Assembly: GCA_039794465.1 (NCBI GenBank)
Contig: JAYWIP010000231.1
Coordinates: 1-63,967, forward strand
Direction: 5' to 3'
DNA: 63,967 nucleotides
Source: Nitrospira sp.
Lineage (GTDB): Bacteria > Nitrospirota > Nitrospiria > Nitrospirales > Nitrospiraceae
The position numbers and the translations under genes are program-made. Below the pieces are notes generated by a model. It was given only the letters and a program-made list of their open reading frames with translations, ran no database searches and was not told the DNA's origin. Shown here piece after piece: positions 8,691-19,805 of the stretch (the first letter of the stretch is position 1; every line of letters begins with the position of its first letter).

Positions 8691-11009
8691 TCAGAAGATC
8701 GATCCGATCGTAAACTCGAACACCCCGCTTCGCTCGCCGGTCCTGGGTTCGAGATTGATGCCGTAGGCGGCACGCAAGGGACCGAACGGCGAAATCCAGC
8801 GGCCCTCAAGTCCCGCCGTTTTCCTGAGCTCAAAGATCGACAGACTTTCATCCTCACCAAATCCTCTCCCGTAATCGAAGAAGAGCACGCCGTTCAGCTT
8901 CGCGTCGGCGGAAATCGTAAAGATGAGATCGGCGTTGAAGATCAGCTGCTTCGCCGCACCGAGCGTCGTCTTTGTCCGTTCCACGATGGGGCCGGCTCGG
9001 CCGAAGACAAACCCGCGCACGGTATTGATACCGCCGACATAGAATCGTTCACTGAGTGGGACCGGACTCCCTCCGAAGGCATCCACGGCCCCGAACCGAC
9101 CACGGATCGACAACCGCATGTCGAAGGGCAGCGGGGTAACCTTGATCACGTCGGCACTGTACTTAATGAAATTATTGGTACCGCCCATGAGCGGAGTTCC
9201 GATGTCGACCCCACCTCCGATCCGCCAACCGGATCGAGGATCGAGATAATAGTCCCTTGTGTCCCTGAAGCCATTGATCCGAAATCCAGTGGATGACTGA
9301 TGGCCAAGCAGCTGATCGCAAAATTCGGGAACGGAGTCACACACGCCCCTGGCCGGGCTTCTGTAATTCAATTCTTCTCCAAACAGACTGATACTCCCCG
9401 AATTGTATTCCGACAACCAGCGGCCTACGGTTACGCTCGCGCCGGTTCGCGATTCGAAAAAGGTCAGGTAGTTCGTCATGCTGCGGTAGATGTCCAACTG
9501 CAGCGACGTCAGCGAATCGTTCACATAGGGATTACGCAACGTGATCGATCCCAGGCTCCTCCGCTGGCCGAGCTGGCCGCTGACTCGCCCCATGATGCCA
9601 TATCCGCCGATATTCCCTTCCGTGATGTTGGCAATCGCCATCAGTCGATCCAGCGAGCTGAACCCTCCACCGAGGCTGAACTGGCCTGTCGGCTTCTCCT
9701 TGACCCGAACGTTCAAATCCACTTTGTCCGCAGACACTTTGTCGGGCAAAATTTCGACGGTTTCAAAAAAATTGAGATTGTTCAACCGCTGGAAACTCCG
9801 CTTCAGGGACTGGGTGTCAATGACGTCTTGTTCATCCACCCGGATTTCCCGACGGATGACGTTGTCACGCGTCTTGTTGTTCCCGAGAATGTTGATTTGC
9901 CGGATGCGCATCATCTCCCCTTCTTTGATGCTGAAGATGACGCTGACTGTCCGTTCTTCGTTGTTCGGAATGGCATTGGGTGTGACTTCGGCGAACGAGT
10001 AGCCCTTCCCCCCATAGAGATCCGTCAGGCGGGTGATTTCATCGCGCAGCTTGGCGCGCTGAAAAATCTCCCCCTGCTTGATCTTGAGTCCTTCCCGAAG
10101 CTCGAGGTCTTCGAACACCGTATAGCCCCGGAATCCTACCTCTCCAATGGTAAAGGGTTCGCCCTCGAAGATGTTAAAAGTCACGGTGAACCACCGCTTG
10201 TCCTCGGTCAGTTCAATGGAGGAGAGACTCACCCTGGCGTTGAAATACCCCTTATTCAGCAGCACTTCCCTGATCCGTTCCACATCATTCATCGCTTCTT
10301 CCCGCTTCAGGACGCCGGCATCGGAGATGAGCGACGGCAAGGTGAATCGCGTAAACAGCCCGTACCACGGCACCCATTCGCGGGTCGACACGACCTTAAA
10401 CATCTCCGCCTTCGTCATCGTCCGCAAACCGTCGAACGTCACCTCCTTGATGCGGGCCTTGTCCCCTTCGGTCACGAAAAACGTCAGGCGCTTGCGCTCT
10501 TGGTCCAGCGCTTGAACGACCGGGATCACCTGGCAATTGTGATAGCCGTCTTTTTCGTACGCCAAACGGATATTCTCGGCGCTGTCCTTGACCTGCTGTT
10601 GATCAAGGAAGGTTTGGCTCTTGATGAGGGTTTTTTCCTTGAGCTTGTCGTCGCTCAGATGCTCATTCCCGTCATACACGATCTCCGTAATGAAGGGTTT
10701 TTCCCGAACGACGAAGACCACGGCCGTTCCTTCGGGCACCACCTCAGTTTCGACTTGGACATCCTCGAAGAAGCCGGACTCGTACAGAATCTTGACCTGC
10801 CCGCGAACCGTCTCAGGCATATAGGGGTCATTCACTTTGAGCGTGAGGCGCCCGAGAATGGCAGGAACTTCGATGCGCTTGTTGCCCCGGATGTCGATCG
10901 ACTTGACCTTGGAGACCGTTGTCTGCTCGACCGCTTCACACCAGCCGGACAAGACAGAGATTGCCACGATCAGCGCAACGAGCCATCGAGATCTGTGGAT
11001 GAGCGTCAC
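8691..11009 (-). CDS. bamA: Outer membrane protein assembly factor BamA
   Basis: POTRA repeats, GNNKTRDNVIRRE, VRGF loop, ISPFGPLR, terminal F; start uncertain (ORF extends to 11285). Confidence 0.95.
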   Translation of the reverse strand: MTLIHRSRWLVALIVAISVLSGWCEAVEQTTVSKVKSIDIRGNKRIEVPAILGRLTLKVNDPYMPETVRGQVKILYESGFFEDVQVETEVVPEGTAVVFVVREKPFITEIVYDGNEHLSDDKLKEKTLIKSQTFLDQQQVKDSAENIRLAYEKDGYHNCQVIPVVQALDQERKRLTFFVTEGDKARIKEVTFDGLRTMTKAEMFKVVSTREWVPWYGLFTRFTLPSLISDAGVLKREEAMNDVERIREVLLNKGYFNARVSLSSIELTEDKRWFTVTFNIFEGEPFTIGEVGFRGYTVFEDLELREGLKIKQGEIFQRAKLRDEITRLTDLYGGKGYSFAEVTPNAIPNNEERTVSVIFSIKEGEMMRIRQINILGNNKTRDNVIRREIRVDEQDVIDTQSLKRSFQRLNNLNFFETVEILPDKVSADKVDLNVRVKEKPTGQFSLGGGFSSLDRLMAIANITEGNIGGYGIMGRVSGQLGQRRSLGSITLRNPYVNDSLTSLQLDIYRSMTNYLTFFESRTGASVTVGRWLSEYNSGSISLFGEELNYRSPARGVCDSVPEFCDQLLGHQSSTGFRINGFRDTRDYYLDPRSGWRIGGGVDIGTPLMGGTNNFIKYSADVIKVTPLPFDMRLSIRGRFGAVDAFGGSPVPLSERFYVGGINTVRGFVFGRAGPIVERTKTTLGAAKQLIFNADLIFTISADAKLNGVLFFDYGRGFGEDESLSIFELRKTAGLEGRWISPFGPLRAAYGINLEPRTGERSGVFEFTIGSIF

Positions 11010-11477
11010 GATCGCCAAAAAGTACTCTCGCGTGAAAATCACCCTGACCGTGGCAACGCCCCAGCATCGCCCGGAGGCCGGGCAGAGATGAGCCTCGCTC
11101 ATCACGCCTGACCCGCTCCGATGTGCAGACTTGAGGGAACACGGTTGCCGCCCATTGGCCCACGGCTGCAAAACTGCTGGATTATATTGACGCCTCCCTA
11201 CATTGTAAAGGACTCGCCGACACTTTCTGACGATCGACTGCCCGCTTGTCCGCGGGCTTGACCGAGAGCGCTGTTTCAACTTCACGCATCGGACACATCA
11301 CATACTCCTGGGCCAAATTTCAGGATTCGCCATTCGGATTTTCGTTTCTTGTGTCAGCGTGAACCGGGGACTCGCGACTTGAAACCTGACACAGGCATGA
11401 ACCCTCCACGATTCTCGCGTCCACACCTTCATAAAGGACGTGCGACGCGCTTTGGATGCGGTGACTTCGACCATTTC

Positions 11478-11506
11478 TTGACATCACCCTACCCATCACA
11501 TAGTAT
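11478..11506 (+). promoter_or_regulatory. Sigma70-type promoter of galU
   Basis: TTGACA(11478-83)-17 bp-TAGTAT(11501-06), 7 nt before ATG 11514. Confidence 0.7.
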
Positions 11507-11513
11507 CCGATTC

Positions 11514-12410
11514 ATGTCGCGGCACACCGTCAGAAAGGCCGTCATTCCCGCAGCAGGACTGGGCACGCGGTTCCTTCCCGCGACCAAGGCCTCGCCGAAA
11601 GAAATGCTGCCGCTGGTCGACAAACCGCTTATCCAGTACACGGTGGAAGAAGCGGTCGCCTCCGGGATCGAAGACATTATCGTGATCACAGGACGGGGCA
11701 AGCGCGCCATCGAAGACCACTTCGATCGCTCGGTGGAACTCGAAGAGAATTTGAAAGGGACCGGCAAAAGCCAGGTCCTGCATCAGATCCGGCAGATTTC
11801 GAATCTCGCCAACTTCTGTTACGTGCGTCAGCCGGAAGCCTTGGGCTTGGGACACGCTGTGCTCTGCGCGCAACACTTGATCGGCGATGAGCCGTTCGCC
11901 GTGATTCTCGGCGATGAAATCATCGATGCCCCGGTTCCAGCACTCGCCCAACTGATCCATGTCTACAAGAAACGTCATGGCGCGGTTCTGGGTGTGCAAG
12001 AGGTCCCCAAGCAGGATGTCAGCCGATACGGCATCGTCGCGCCCAAACGCGTTGCGAGCGGTCTGCATCGTGTTCTAGACATGGTGGAGAAACCGTCGCC
12101 GGCCGACGCCCCCTCGACACTGGCCGTCATCGGCCGGTATGTCCTGCCGCCGGAGATCTTCCCGATCTTGAGAAAAACGGCGCCCGGAAAGAATGGGGAA
12201 ATTCAGCTGACCGACGCGCTCAAAGAGCTGGCGAAACGGTCTCCGATGTTCGCGCAAGAAATCAAAGGCCAACGGCACGACGCCGGGGATAAACTGGGCT
12301 TTCTCATCGCCACGATCGAATTCGCCCTGAAGAACCCCTCATTGGGAGCAGATTTCGCTGAGTATCTTGTCTCACGCGCGCAGAGACTTTCGAACGACCG
12401 GCGAAGATAG
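11514..12410 (+). CDS. galU: UTP--glucose-1-phosphate uridylyltransferase
   Basis: KAVIPAAGLGTRFLPATKASPKEMLP, LGLGHAV, VEKP, GEIQLTDA. Confidence 0.97.
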   Translation: MSRHTVRKAVIPAAGLGTRFLPATKASPKEMLPLVDKPLIQYTVEEAVASGIEDIIVITGRGKRAIEDHFDRSVELEENLKGTGKSQVLHQIRQISNLANFCYVRQPEALGLGHAVLCAQHLIGDEPFAVILGDEIIDAPVPALAQLIHVYKKRHGAVLGVQEVPKQDVSRYGIVAPKRVASGLHRVLDMVEKPSPADAPSTLAVIGRYVLPPEIFPILRKTAPGKNGEIQLTDALKELAKRSPMFAQEIKGQRHDAGDKLGFLIATIEFALKNPSLGADFAEYLVSRAQRLSNDRRR

Positions 12411-12495
12411 ATTGTTCCTCAACCCAGACGACCACACCGTGCCGCCGGACGAACCGTACAGTCGTCCGAGTCGGCATTAAAGAAAGCGGCCCCCG

Positions 12496-15000
12496 ATGAC
12501 AGACCAGAACGAGCAGGAACTTCAGCCCCCGCAGAACGTCGAGATTCCCGCCCAGCTGCCCTTGCTGCCCGTGCGTGACATCGTCGTGTTTCCTTATATG
12601 GTGCTTCCGCTCTTCGTCGGACGAGAGATGTCGATCAAGGCGATTGAGGCGGCCCTCGCCGGTAACAGGATGATCTTCCTCGCCACGCAAAAAGCGCTCG
12701 ACGTGGAAAATCCTGAACCCCACGATATCCACGAGATCGGCACCGTCGGCATCGTCATGCGTATGCTGAAGCTGCCGGATGAACGCATCAAAATCCTCGT
12801 GCAGGGCGTCGCCAAAGCCAAAATCGCCAAGTACATCCAGACCGACCCCTACTATTCCGTCCGCATCGACAAGCTCCCCGACACCAAGCCTTCGGGAACG
12901 ACGCTCGAAGCCGAAGCGGTCATGCGCACGGTGAAGGAACAGATCGAGCGGATTGTCAGCCTGGGCAAAGTCCTCATCCCCGACGTTATGGTCGTCATTG
13001 AGAATCTGGAGGAGCCCGGGCGGCTCGCCGACATGGTGGCGTCGAATCTGGGATTGAAAGTCGATGTCACCCAAGGCGTGCTGGAACTCGTCGACCCGGT
13101 CCAGCGTCTTCGCCAGGTCAGTGACATTCTCGGCAAGGAAATCGAAGTCCTGTCCATGCAGCAAAAGATTCAGGCGCAAGCCAAGGGCGAAATGGACAAG
13201 ACCCAGCGCGAATACTTCCTGCGCGAGCAGCTGAAAGCCATTCAAAAAGAACTGGGCGAATTGGATGAACGGGCGGAAGAAGTCACCGAGTTCCGCAAAC
13301 GCATTAAAGACGCCAAGATGCCGGAGAAAGTGCTCAAGGAAGCGGAAAAACAGCTCAAACGCCTGGAGAAGATGCACCCCGACACGGCCGAGTCCGCGAC
13401 GGTCCGCACCTATCTGGAGTGGATGGTGGAACTGCCCTGGTCCAAGCGGTCGAAGGACAACCTCGACCTGAAGGCCGCGGCCAAGGTCCTGAACGAGGAC
13501 CACTACGACCTGGAGAAGGTCAAGGAACGGATTCTGGAATATCTAGCCGTCCGCAAGCTGAAAGAGAAGATGAAAGGCCCCATCCTCTGTTTCGTCGGGC
13601 CGCCGGGGGTCGGCAAGACATCCTTGGGCAAATCGATCGCCCGTGCACTCGGGCGCGAATTCGTGCGCATCAGCCTCGGTGGAGTCCGGGACGAGGCGGA
13701 AATCCGTGGACACCGGCGCACCTACGTCGGCGCGCTGCCCGGTCGGCTCATCCAGGGCATGAAACAGGCGGGAACGGCCAATCCCGTCTTTATGCTGGAC
13801 GAGGTGGACAAGGTCGGCATGGATTTCCGTGGCGACCCCTCCGCGGCGCTGCTTGAGGTGCTCGATCCCGAACAAAACAACGCGTTCACCGACCATTATT
13901 TGGGCGTCCCCTTTGACTTGACGGAGGTGATGTTCATCACCACCTCCAATCTGATCGATCCGATCCTTCCCGCGTTGCGCGACCGGATGGAGATCATCGA
14001 AATTCCGGGATATACCGAGGAAGAAAAGCTGGGCATCGCCCAGAAATACCTGATTCCCAGACAACTCGAAGAACACGGCATCACGAACAGGCACGTTCGT
14101 ATCGCGGAGCCGGCCATCAGACAGATCATCGCGCACTACACGCGCGAAGCCGGGGTGCGCAATCTCGAACGCGAGATCGCCAACGTCATGCGGAAAGTGG
14201 CCAAGAAAGTCGCGGAGGGCAAGGGCCAGGGATTCCCGGTCGATGTCGCGAACCTCCAGAAGTATCTCGGCGTCCCGAAGTACGTGCCCGAAGCGGAATT
14301 GGAAAAAGACGAAGTGGGTGTGGCCACCGGCTTGGCCTGGACCGAAGCGGGTGGCGACGTCCTCCACATCGAAGCGACGGTCATGAAAGGCAAAGGCCAG
14401 CTGACCCTGACCGGCCATCTGGGCGACGTCATGAAAGAATCGGCCCAGGCGGCGCTCAGCTACGTCCGGTCACGGGAGAAAACGCTGCGGATCAATCCCG
14501 ACATGTTCAGCAAGCAGGATCTGCACATTCATGTCCCGGCCGGCGCGATTCCCAAGGACGGACCTTCGGCCGGCATCACCATGGCCACCGCCATCGCCTC
14601 GGCCCTCTCCGGCATCCCCGTCAGACGGGATCTGGCCATGACGGGAGAAATCACCCTGCGCGGGCGCGTCCTGCCGATCGGTGGATTGAAAGAAAAAATC
14701 CTGGCTGCCAAGCGTGCCAAATTGACCACGGTGATTCTGCCGAAGCGGAATAAAAAGGACCTTGAAGGCATCCCGAAACATGTGCTGAAGGGTATCCACT
14801 TGTCCTTCGCCGACACGATGGACGACGTGATGAAAATCGCCCTGAGAAGAACCGCGGCCACCCGATCAGCAGCGAAAAAAGCGTCGTCCCCCGCGACGGC
14901 TGTTCCCACATCGGGGCACGCCGGAAAACGCAAGCGGGACAGCCGCGCACGGGAAATCCAGGCCACGCTGTCGCCTGTCCCGGCTGCGCGTCATCGTTAG
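12496..15000 (+). CDS. lon: Lon ATP-dependent protease
   Basis: LON N-domain, [17 protein letters not shown] catalytic Ser, GGLKEK Lys. Confidence 0.98.
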   Translation: MTDQNEQELQPPQNVEIPAQLPLLPVRDIVVFPYMVLPLFVGREMSIKAIEAALAGNRMIFLATQKALDVENPEPHDIHEIGTVGIVMRMLKLPDERIKILVQGVAKAKIAKYIQTDPYYSVRIDKLPDTKPSGTTLEAEAVMRTVKEQIERIVSLGKVLIPDVMVVIENLEEPGRLADMVASNLGLKVDVTQGVLELVDPVQRLRQVSDILGKEIEVLSMQQKIQAQAKGEMDKTQREYFLREQLKAIQKELGELDERAEEVTEFRKRIKDAKMPEKVLKEAEKQLKRLEKMHPDTAESATVRTYLEWMVELPWSKRSKDNLDLKAAAKVLNEDHYDLEKVKERILEYLAVRKLKEKMKGPILCFVGPPGVGKTSLGKSIARALGREFVRISLGGVRDEAEIRGHRRTYVGALPGRLIQGMKQAGTANPVFMLDEVDKVGMDFRGDPSAALLEVLDPEQNNAFTDHYLGVPFDLTEVMFITTSNLIDPILPALRDRMEIIEIPGYTEEEKLGIAQKYLIPRQLEEHGITNRHVRIAEPAIRQIIAHYTREAGVRNLEREIANVMRKVAKKVAEGKGQGFPVDVANLQKYLGVPKYVPEAELEKDEVGVATGLAWTEAGGDVLHIEATVMKGKGQLTLTGHLGDVMKESAQAALSYVRSREKTLRINPDMFSKQDLHIHVPAGAIPKDGPSAGITMATAIASALSGIPVRRDLAMTGEITLRGRVLPIGGLKEKILAAKRAKLTTVILPKRNKKDLEGIPKHVLKGIHLSFADTMDDVMKIALRRTAATRSAAKKASSPATAVPTSGHAGKRKRDSRAREIQATLSPVPAARHR

Positions 15001-15009
15001 AGTGGCATC

Positions 15010-16056
15010 GTGGCCCTTTCAAAGGCCCCACCCCGCATCCGAGAATTCGCCCTGATCCGGACTCTCGCGCGCCGGTTCGCCCGCCACAACACACAACTCA
15101 TCCGAGGCATCGGCGATGACGCCGCCGTGTTCGCGGTGCCGGCACCGGGATGGTGGCACGTCACGACCGATTTGCTCGCCGACGGTATCCACTTCGATCT
15201 GCGCACCGCGGCTCTCGAATCGGTCGGATACCGGGCCGCCATGGCCAATCTCAGCGACATCGCAGCCATGGGTGCGGTGCCGCGTTACGTGCTCATCTCA
15301 CTCGCCGTCCCGTCTGAATTCAGCGCGAGGCAGGTGGTTCAGCTGTACACCGGCCTCATGCAGGCATGCCGGCCGCATCATGTCGTTCTGATCGGAGGCG
15401 ACACCTCCGCCTCCAAGACCGGACTCTTTGTGAGCCTCACTCTCCTCGGAACCACCGGATCGGGCCGGGCACTGTTCCGCCACGGAGCCCGCGTGGGCAA
15501 CCACATTTATGTGACGGGGACATTGGGAGACTCACTGGCTGGTCTGCAACTCCTGGCTCACACCGCATCGAAGCGACCGGCGCATCGGCCCTTCTCCCCG
15601 CTACGCACCACTCACAAAACCTATTTGATCAATCGCCATCTCCGCCCGACCGCCCGTCTTGCCGAAGGACAATGGCTCAACAACGCGCGAGTGGCGACCG
15701 CCGCCATTGATCTGTCAGATGGCCTCTCCGGCGACCTTCGGCACCTCTGCGAAGAAAGTCGCGTAGGCGCGGAGATCGACTTAAGCACCCTCCCCATCTC
15801 GGCGGCGTGCCGTGCCTATGCTGAGAGCCGACGCCTGGACCCGGCGATGATGGCGCTCACCGGAGGCGAAGACTACGAACTCCTGTTCACAGCTCCCCCG
15901 GCGAAACAGGGAGCGATCGCTCGGCACGCACGTACACACGGGGTTCACGTCACACGGATCGGCACGATCCGGCCACGCCGGTTCGGGATGCGGATGAATA
16001 CTCCCGATGGTACGATGAAACCGATTCCCAACACGAGCTACGAACACTTCCGTTGA
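15010..16056 (+). CDS. thiL: Thiamine-monophosphate kinase
   Basis: GIGDDAA, NLSDIAAMG, GGDT, DLSDGL, GGEDYELLFT. Confidence 0.95.
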   Translation: MALSKAPPRIREFALIRTLARRFARHNTQLIRGIGDDAAVFAVPAPGWWHVTTDLLADGIHFDLRTAALESVGYRAAMANLSDIAAMGAVPRYVLISLAVPSEFSARQVVQLYTGLMQACRPHHVVLIGGDTSASKTGLFVSLTLLGTTGSGRALFRHGARVGNHIYVTGTLGDSLAGLQLLAHTASKRPAHRPFSPLRTTHKTYLINRHLRPTARLAEGQWLNNARVATAAIDLSDGLSGDLRHLCEESRVGAEIDLSTLPISAACRAYAESRRLDPAMMALTGGEDYELLFTAPPAKQGAIARHARTHGVHVTRIGTIRPRRFGMRMNTPDGTMKPIPNTSYEHFR

Positions 16057-16571
16057 TGTCCAATCACACCAGCCAGAGCGCGGTGTCGAGCCGCCGGTCG
16101 TTCCGTGCACTGCTCCGCCACGTGCTGCACTTACAGGAGTCGCCCCAGCGTACCGCACTGGCGTTCGCCATCGGGGTCTTCATCGCCTTCTCCCCCGCCT
16201 ACGGCTTGCACACCGCAATGGTGGTGGTCTGCACATGGCTCTTTGGCCTTAATTTTGTGGCGTTGTTGACCGGCGCGTTCGTCAACAATCCTTGGACCAT
16301 TGTGCCGATCTTGGGTGCGACCTATTGGACCGGCGCCTGGTTATTGGGATACACGGACACCCCGGCGTTCAATTGGACCGACCTCAGCTTCAGCGGCATC
16401 TACGAACAGGTCGCTCCCTATCTGATTCCATTTGCACTCGGTGGATTCGTTCTGAGCATGATCGGATCCCTGCTGGCCTACCCCGTCGCGTATCTGCTCA
16501 TTCTCCGATACCGTCCGGCTCCGGGCCCACCCCCCTCCCATCCATTGCCGCCTCCTGACCAGGTGGGCTAA
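16053..16571 (+). CDS. DUF2062 family membrane protein
   Basis: ESPQRTALAFAIGVFIAFSP, FVNNPWT, hydrophobic C-terminus. Confidence 0.8.
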   Translation: MMSNHTSQSAVSSRRSFRALLRHVLHLQESPQRTALAFAIGVFIAFSPAYGLHTAMVVVCTWLFGLNFVALLTGAFVNNPWTIVPILGATYWTGAWLLGYTDTPAFNWTDLSFSGIYEQVAPYLIPFALGGFVLSMIGSLLAYPVAYLLILRYRPAPGPPPSHPLPPPDQVG

Positions 16572-16585
16572 GATGCACCCGACCT

Positions 16586-18004
16586 ATGGCCCCCTCGGAA
16601 CGATTGAACGCCCCCTATGATGGATCGGCGCTGATTGCCGACCCCATCCACCGCTACGTCTCGTTCACCGTACCCTATGCCGTCCCGGATCCTCACGAGC
16701 AAACCGAGAAGGACCTCATCGACTCGCCCTGGGTCCAGCGGTTGCGGTATATCTATCAGCTCCAAAGCGCCCGCTGGGTCTATCCCTCGGCGGAACATAC
16801 CCGCTTTGTCCATTCGCTCGGGACCATGCATGTGGCTGGGCGATTCGCCCGGCATCTCTACCCGTTTCTCAAGAAGTCCGTCCCCGATGTGCCCTCGGCC
16901 AACTACGTCGAAGCCGTGCTGCGCATTACGGCGTTGGTCCACGACATCGGCCATGGTCCGTTTTGCCATTTCTTCGACGAGAACTACCTCCACGGCTTTC
17001 ATCTCACACACGAAAAGCTTGGGCAAATCATCATCCGTGAGCACCTGGGACCCATCATCCGGAATATACGCCGGAGCCCGTCCGGCCCATTCGCCACAGG
17101 CGAGGAGCTGGACCCCAACCAAATTGCGCATCTGATTGTGAAGGAAAAAGGAAAAGACAACTCCCGCCTGCCTCGATGGTTGAACATGCTCCAACCGGTC
17201 ATTTCAGGCAGCTATACCGGAGACAATCTGGATTATGTCTTGCGGGACTCCTACATGTGCGGCGTGGCGGTCGGACCCGTCGATCTCTCGCGATTGATTC
17301 ACTACACCATCATCACCGACAAAGGCTTTACGATTCACAAGACCGGACTTCCGGCTCTGCAGATGTTCCTCAATACCAGAATGTATCTGTACTCGAATGT
17401 CTACTTCCACCGCACGACCAGAGCCATCGACATCCACTTGCGCGATATTTTTGGCGACACCATGAAGATGCTCTTCCCGAAAGACCCGCGGACCTGCATG
17501 GACCGGTACCGAACGCTCACCGACTGGTCGCTGTTGGAGGAAGTGCGGGGATGGGCACGCGCCGGCCACAAAGCGCGCCGACGGCTCGGACATGAATGGG
17601 GGCGCATTCTCAACCGGGACATCAAATGGAAGATGGCCTACAGCACCACGCTGAAGGAAAAAGGTCAGGAACGGGGGATGGCCTTCCCCAGCCATGAGCA
17701 GTTCGCGCAGCAGATCGCGAAAGAATTGCCGAAGGAGTTGCGTGGTCTGGAGTTTCGCGTTGATATGGCGCCGCTGGACCCTCGGCCTGACCCAAAAGAC
17801 CGGCGCGGAAATCCGCTGTATGTCTACGATCCCGGCACCAACCAGGTGTCAACCGAGCCGCTCGAAGAGTTCTTGGACCTGTTGCCCACAAGGCTCATCC
17901 AATTCCGCGTCTATTCGCACGACCATACGCACGACGCCGCCCTCTCACAAGCCGCGGCAACCGTTCTCAACAAGACGCCCTCCAGCCTCGAATCCAATTA
18001 CTGA
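16586..18004 (+). CDS. HD-domain dNTP triphosphohydrolase (SAMHD1-like)
   Basis: DPIH, QRLRYIYQL, HTRFVHSLG, HDIGHGPFCH, DNLDYVLRD, YSNVYFH. Confidence 0.88.
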   Translation: MAPSERLNAPYDGSALIADPIHRYVSFTVPYAVPDPHEQTEKDLIDSPWVQRLRYIYQLQSARWVYPSAEHTRFVHSLGTMHVAGRFARHLYPFLKKSVPDVPSANYVEAVLRITALVHDIGHGPFCHFFDENYLHGFHLTHEKLGQIIIREHLGPIIRNIRRSPSGPFATGEELDPNQIAHLIVKEKGKDNSRLPRWLNMLQPVISGSYTGDNLDYVLRDSYMCGVAVGPVDLSRLIHYTIITDKGFTIHKTGLPALQMFLNTRMYLYSNVYFHRTTRAIDIHLRDIFGDTMKMLFPKDPRTCMDRYRTLTDWSLLEEVRGWARAGHKARRRLGHEWGRILNRDIKWKMAYSTTLKEKGQERGMAFPSHEQFAQQIAKELPKELRGLEFRVDMAPLDPRPDPKDRRGNPLYVYDPGTNQVSTEPLEEFLDLLPTRLIQFRVYSHDHTHDAALSQAAATVLNKTPSSLESNY

Positions 18005-18023
18005 TCACACGCATCGAGGACCT

Positions 18024-18214
18024 GCCCGCATTATTCATGATGATTCGTGGCGAAATCGCGCGGTCGCGTAGCGAGACGGGCACGCGGAGGCCTGAGGAAC
18101 CGAGGCATACTTGAAACAGTATGTCGAGGTTACGAGGGACGAGCCTGCCCGCCGAAGGCTCGTCGTAGCAGCGAATCCGCGATTGCAGCAGAAGCGTTCA
18201 TGAATAATGCGGGC
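18024..18214. mobile_element. MITE-like element with perfect 17-bp terminal inverted repeats
   Basis: gcccgcattattcatga (18024-40) / tcatgaataatgcgggc (18198-214); internal hairpin catact...agtatg; no transposase. Confidence 0.75.
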
Positions 18215-18981
18215 TAGGCCGGGACTTTTTCCGGCTGGTTGCCGAGCAGGTGCGATTTCCGCAGCTTCATGATGTTGCGTTGCCCCGCCGTCGGAAAATG
18301 GAGGCCACGCTTGTTGGTGGGAAACCGTGCTTCAAATCGCTCGATGAGTGCCAGCGCCTCATCGTTGTCTCCGGATCGGACCAACAGCAGCGCAAGTCGA
18401 AGGTACGCGGGAACAAGCAGGAGGAGATGGCGGACTTCCCTGATTTCCTCGACCGCGTACCGATAGCCGGTGGTCGACACCGCTCGATTGATTTTCTCAT
18501 AACAGGCCGCTTCGATCATGTGCACGCCCAACCGGTCCGTCTCGGCGCTGATGCTCGTCTCCCATTGCCCGTTCACCAAGGCCCGCAGTTCTTCTTGAGA
18601 CAGTTGGACGCCGTTCTTCTTTGCCTGCGCACGTGCGCGTTCCACAACTCCCCGAGCTTCCTGCCACGCGCCATATAAACCAATCAGCATTCCCGGACAA
18701 GGCGTGGGATGCTGGCACTTACCGTACCGAGGCGAAAACCCCTTTCCCGCGATCTGAGAGGGAAGAAACACCCGCCCATTCGACCCGGCGCATACGGGAC
18801 AGATCGCGTCGTCATCGGGTACGACATAAATGTACATCCGGACGCCTGAGCGATCAAAAATATCGACCGCCATAATACGCCCGGCCATGATCTGCATTTG
18901 ATAGTACTGCCAGACGACCAACAGGCCGAGCACCGCCACCAGATACGGCGTCACCTCTGAGAACTCCCACTCGCCGAACAT
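18214..18981 (-). CDS. Hypothetical membrane-anchored protein with Cys cluster and TPR-like C-terminus
   Basis: N-terminal TM helix, DDDAICPVC...GRVF...CQHPTPC, helical repeat tail; SD gaggtg. Confidence 0.75.
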   Translation of the reverse strand: MFGEWEFSEVTPYLVAVLGLLVVWQYYQMQIMAGRIMAVDIFDRSGVRMYIYVVPDDDAICPVCAGSNGRVFLPSQIAGKGFSPRYGKCQHPTPCPGMLIGLYGAWQEARGVVERARAQAKKNGVQLSQEELRALVNGQWETSISAETDRLGVHMIEAACYEKINRAVSTTGYRYAVEEIREVRHLLLLVPAYLRLALLLVRSGDNDEALALIERFEARFPTNKRGLHFPTAGQRNIMKLRKSHLLGNQPEKVPA

Positions 18982-19183
18982 CTCTCACCTCGCCGGTTGC
19001 ACCTTCGTGCGATTCCAAGAGTAACAGTCATCCATGTCAACACCAAACGGATTCTCGATTCCTACCGGCCGGAGGCTGGGGAAATATGGACGTTTTCCCT
19101 GTGCACAGATCGAGGCCGCCGACATAATGGAGTCACGACCGATCAGTCACTCCATCGGTGTGAGCGTGAAAGGAACCCGCACC

Positions 19184-19546
19184 ATGTACAGAACAATTGC
19201 CCTGACCCTCTCCCTGTTGACGCTGGCAATCATCCCTGCACATGCCCAACTCGGCGGTGAACAGCCCGATGCCGCCACGATCCTGAACAGCATGCCTCCC
19301 GATGTGTTGGCCAAAGTGCAGGCCCTCGCCCAGATTCTTCAGCAGGGCGTCAAAGAGGGCACTCTGACCGACGCGGAGATACGACAAGACATGCTGTCGG
19401 GACGGCTGGCAGAGAAGATCAAACAGCTGAGTCCTGCGGCGAATCAGCTGCTTCAGGACATCAGCAGCGCGGCAAAAGCAGGCACTGGGCCCGGCCAAGA
19501 AAGTATCCTGCCGTTGTTGCAAGGACTGGGCAGCCAGCCGAACTAG
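19184..19546 (+). CDS. Hypothetical exported protein
   Basis: SD aagga, signal peptide MYRTIALTLSLLTLAIIPAHA. Confidence 0.7.
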   Translation: MYRTIALTLSLLTLAIIPAHAQLGGEQPDAATILNSMPPDVLAKVQALAQILQQGVKEGTLTDAEIRQDMLSGRLAEKIKQLSPAANQLLQDISSAAKAGTGPGQESILPLLQGLGSQPN

Positions 19547-19568
19547 CGCTTAGCAGTTGACGGCCCGA

Positions 19569-19805
19569 TCACCGGCTGGGCGGGAGTGACTCATCCACTC
19601 GATCTTTTCCTTCTGCAGACGCCGGCCGCTTCGGCTTGCGGCTTTCATGCTGTTCATGAAAGACAATCGCCGCGATGAACAACTGGATGCCGATCAGCAG
19701 GAGAAATAAACCGCCGATGTCGTAGCCGACGCTCTCCGTCAGATAAAACCGTCGACTGGCAAGCAGGAACGCCAGCGCTGAGAGGACACCAAAGAACATT
19801 CTCAT
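19569..19805 (-). CDS. Small 2-TM hypothetical protein
   Basis: SD aggagg, two hydrophobic helices, charged tail. Confidence 0.7.
   Translation of the reverse strand: MRMFFGVLSALAFLLASRRFYLTESVGYDIGGLFLLLIGIQLFIAAIVFHEQHESRKPKRPASAEGKDRVDESLPPSR

Noticed and set aside
9300-11111. 603-aa plus-strand ORF
   Set aside because: Antisense shadow of bamA with no motifs; typical of high-GC DNA
11010-11513. N-terminal extensions of the bamA and galU ORFs
   Set aside because: Not protein-like; the galU promoter lies inside the extension and the BamA signal peptide starts later
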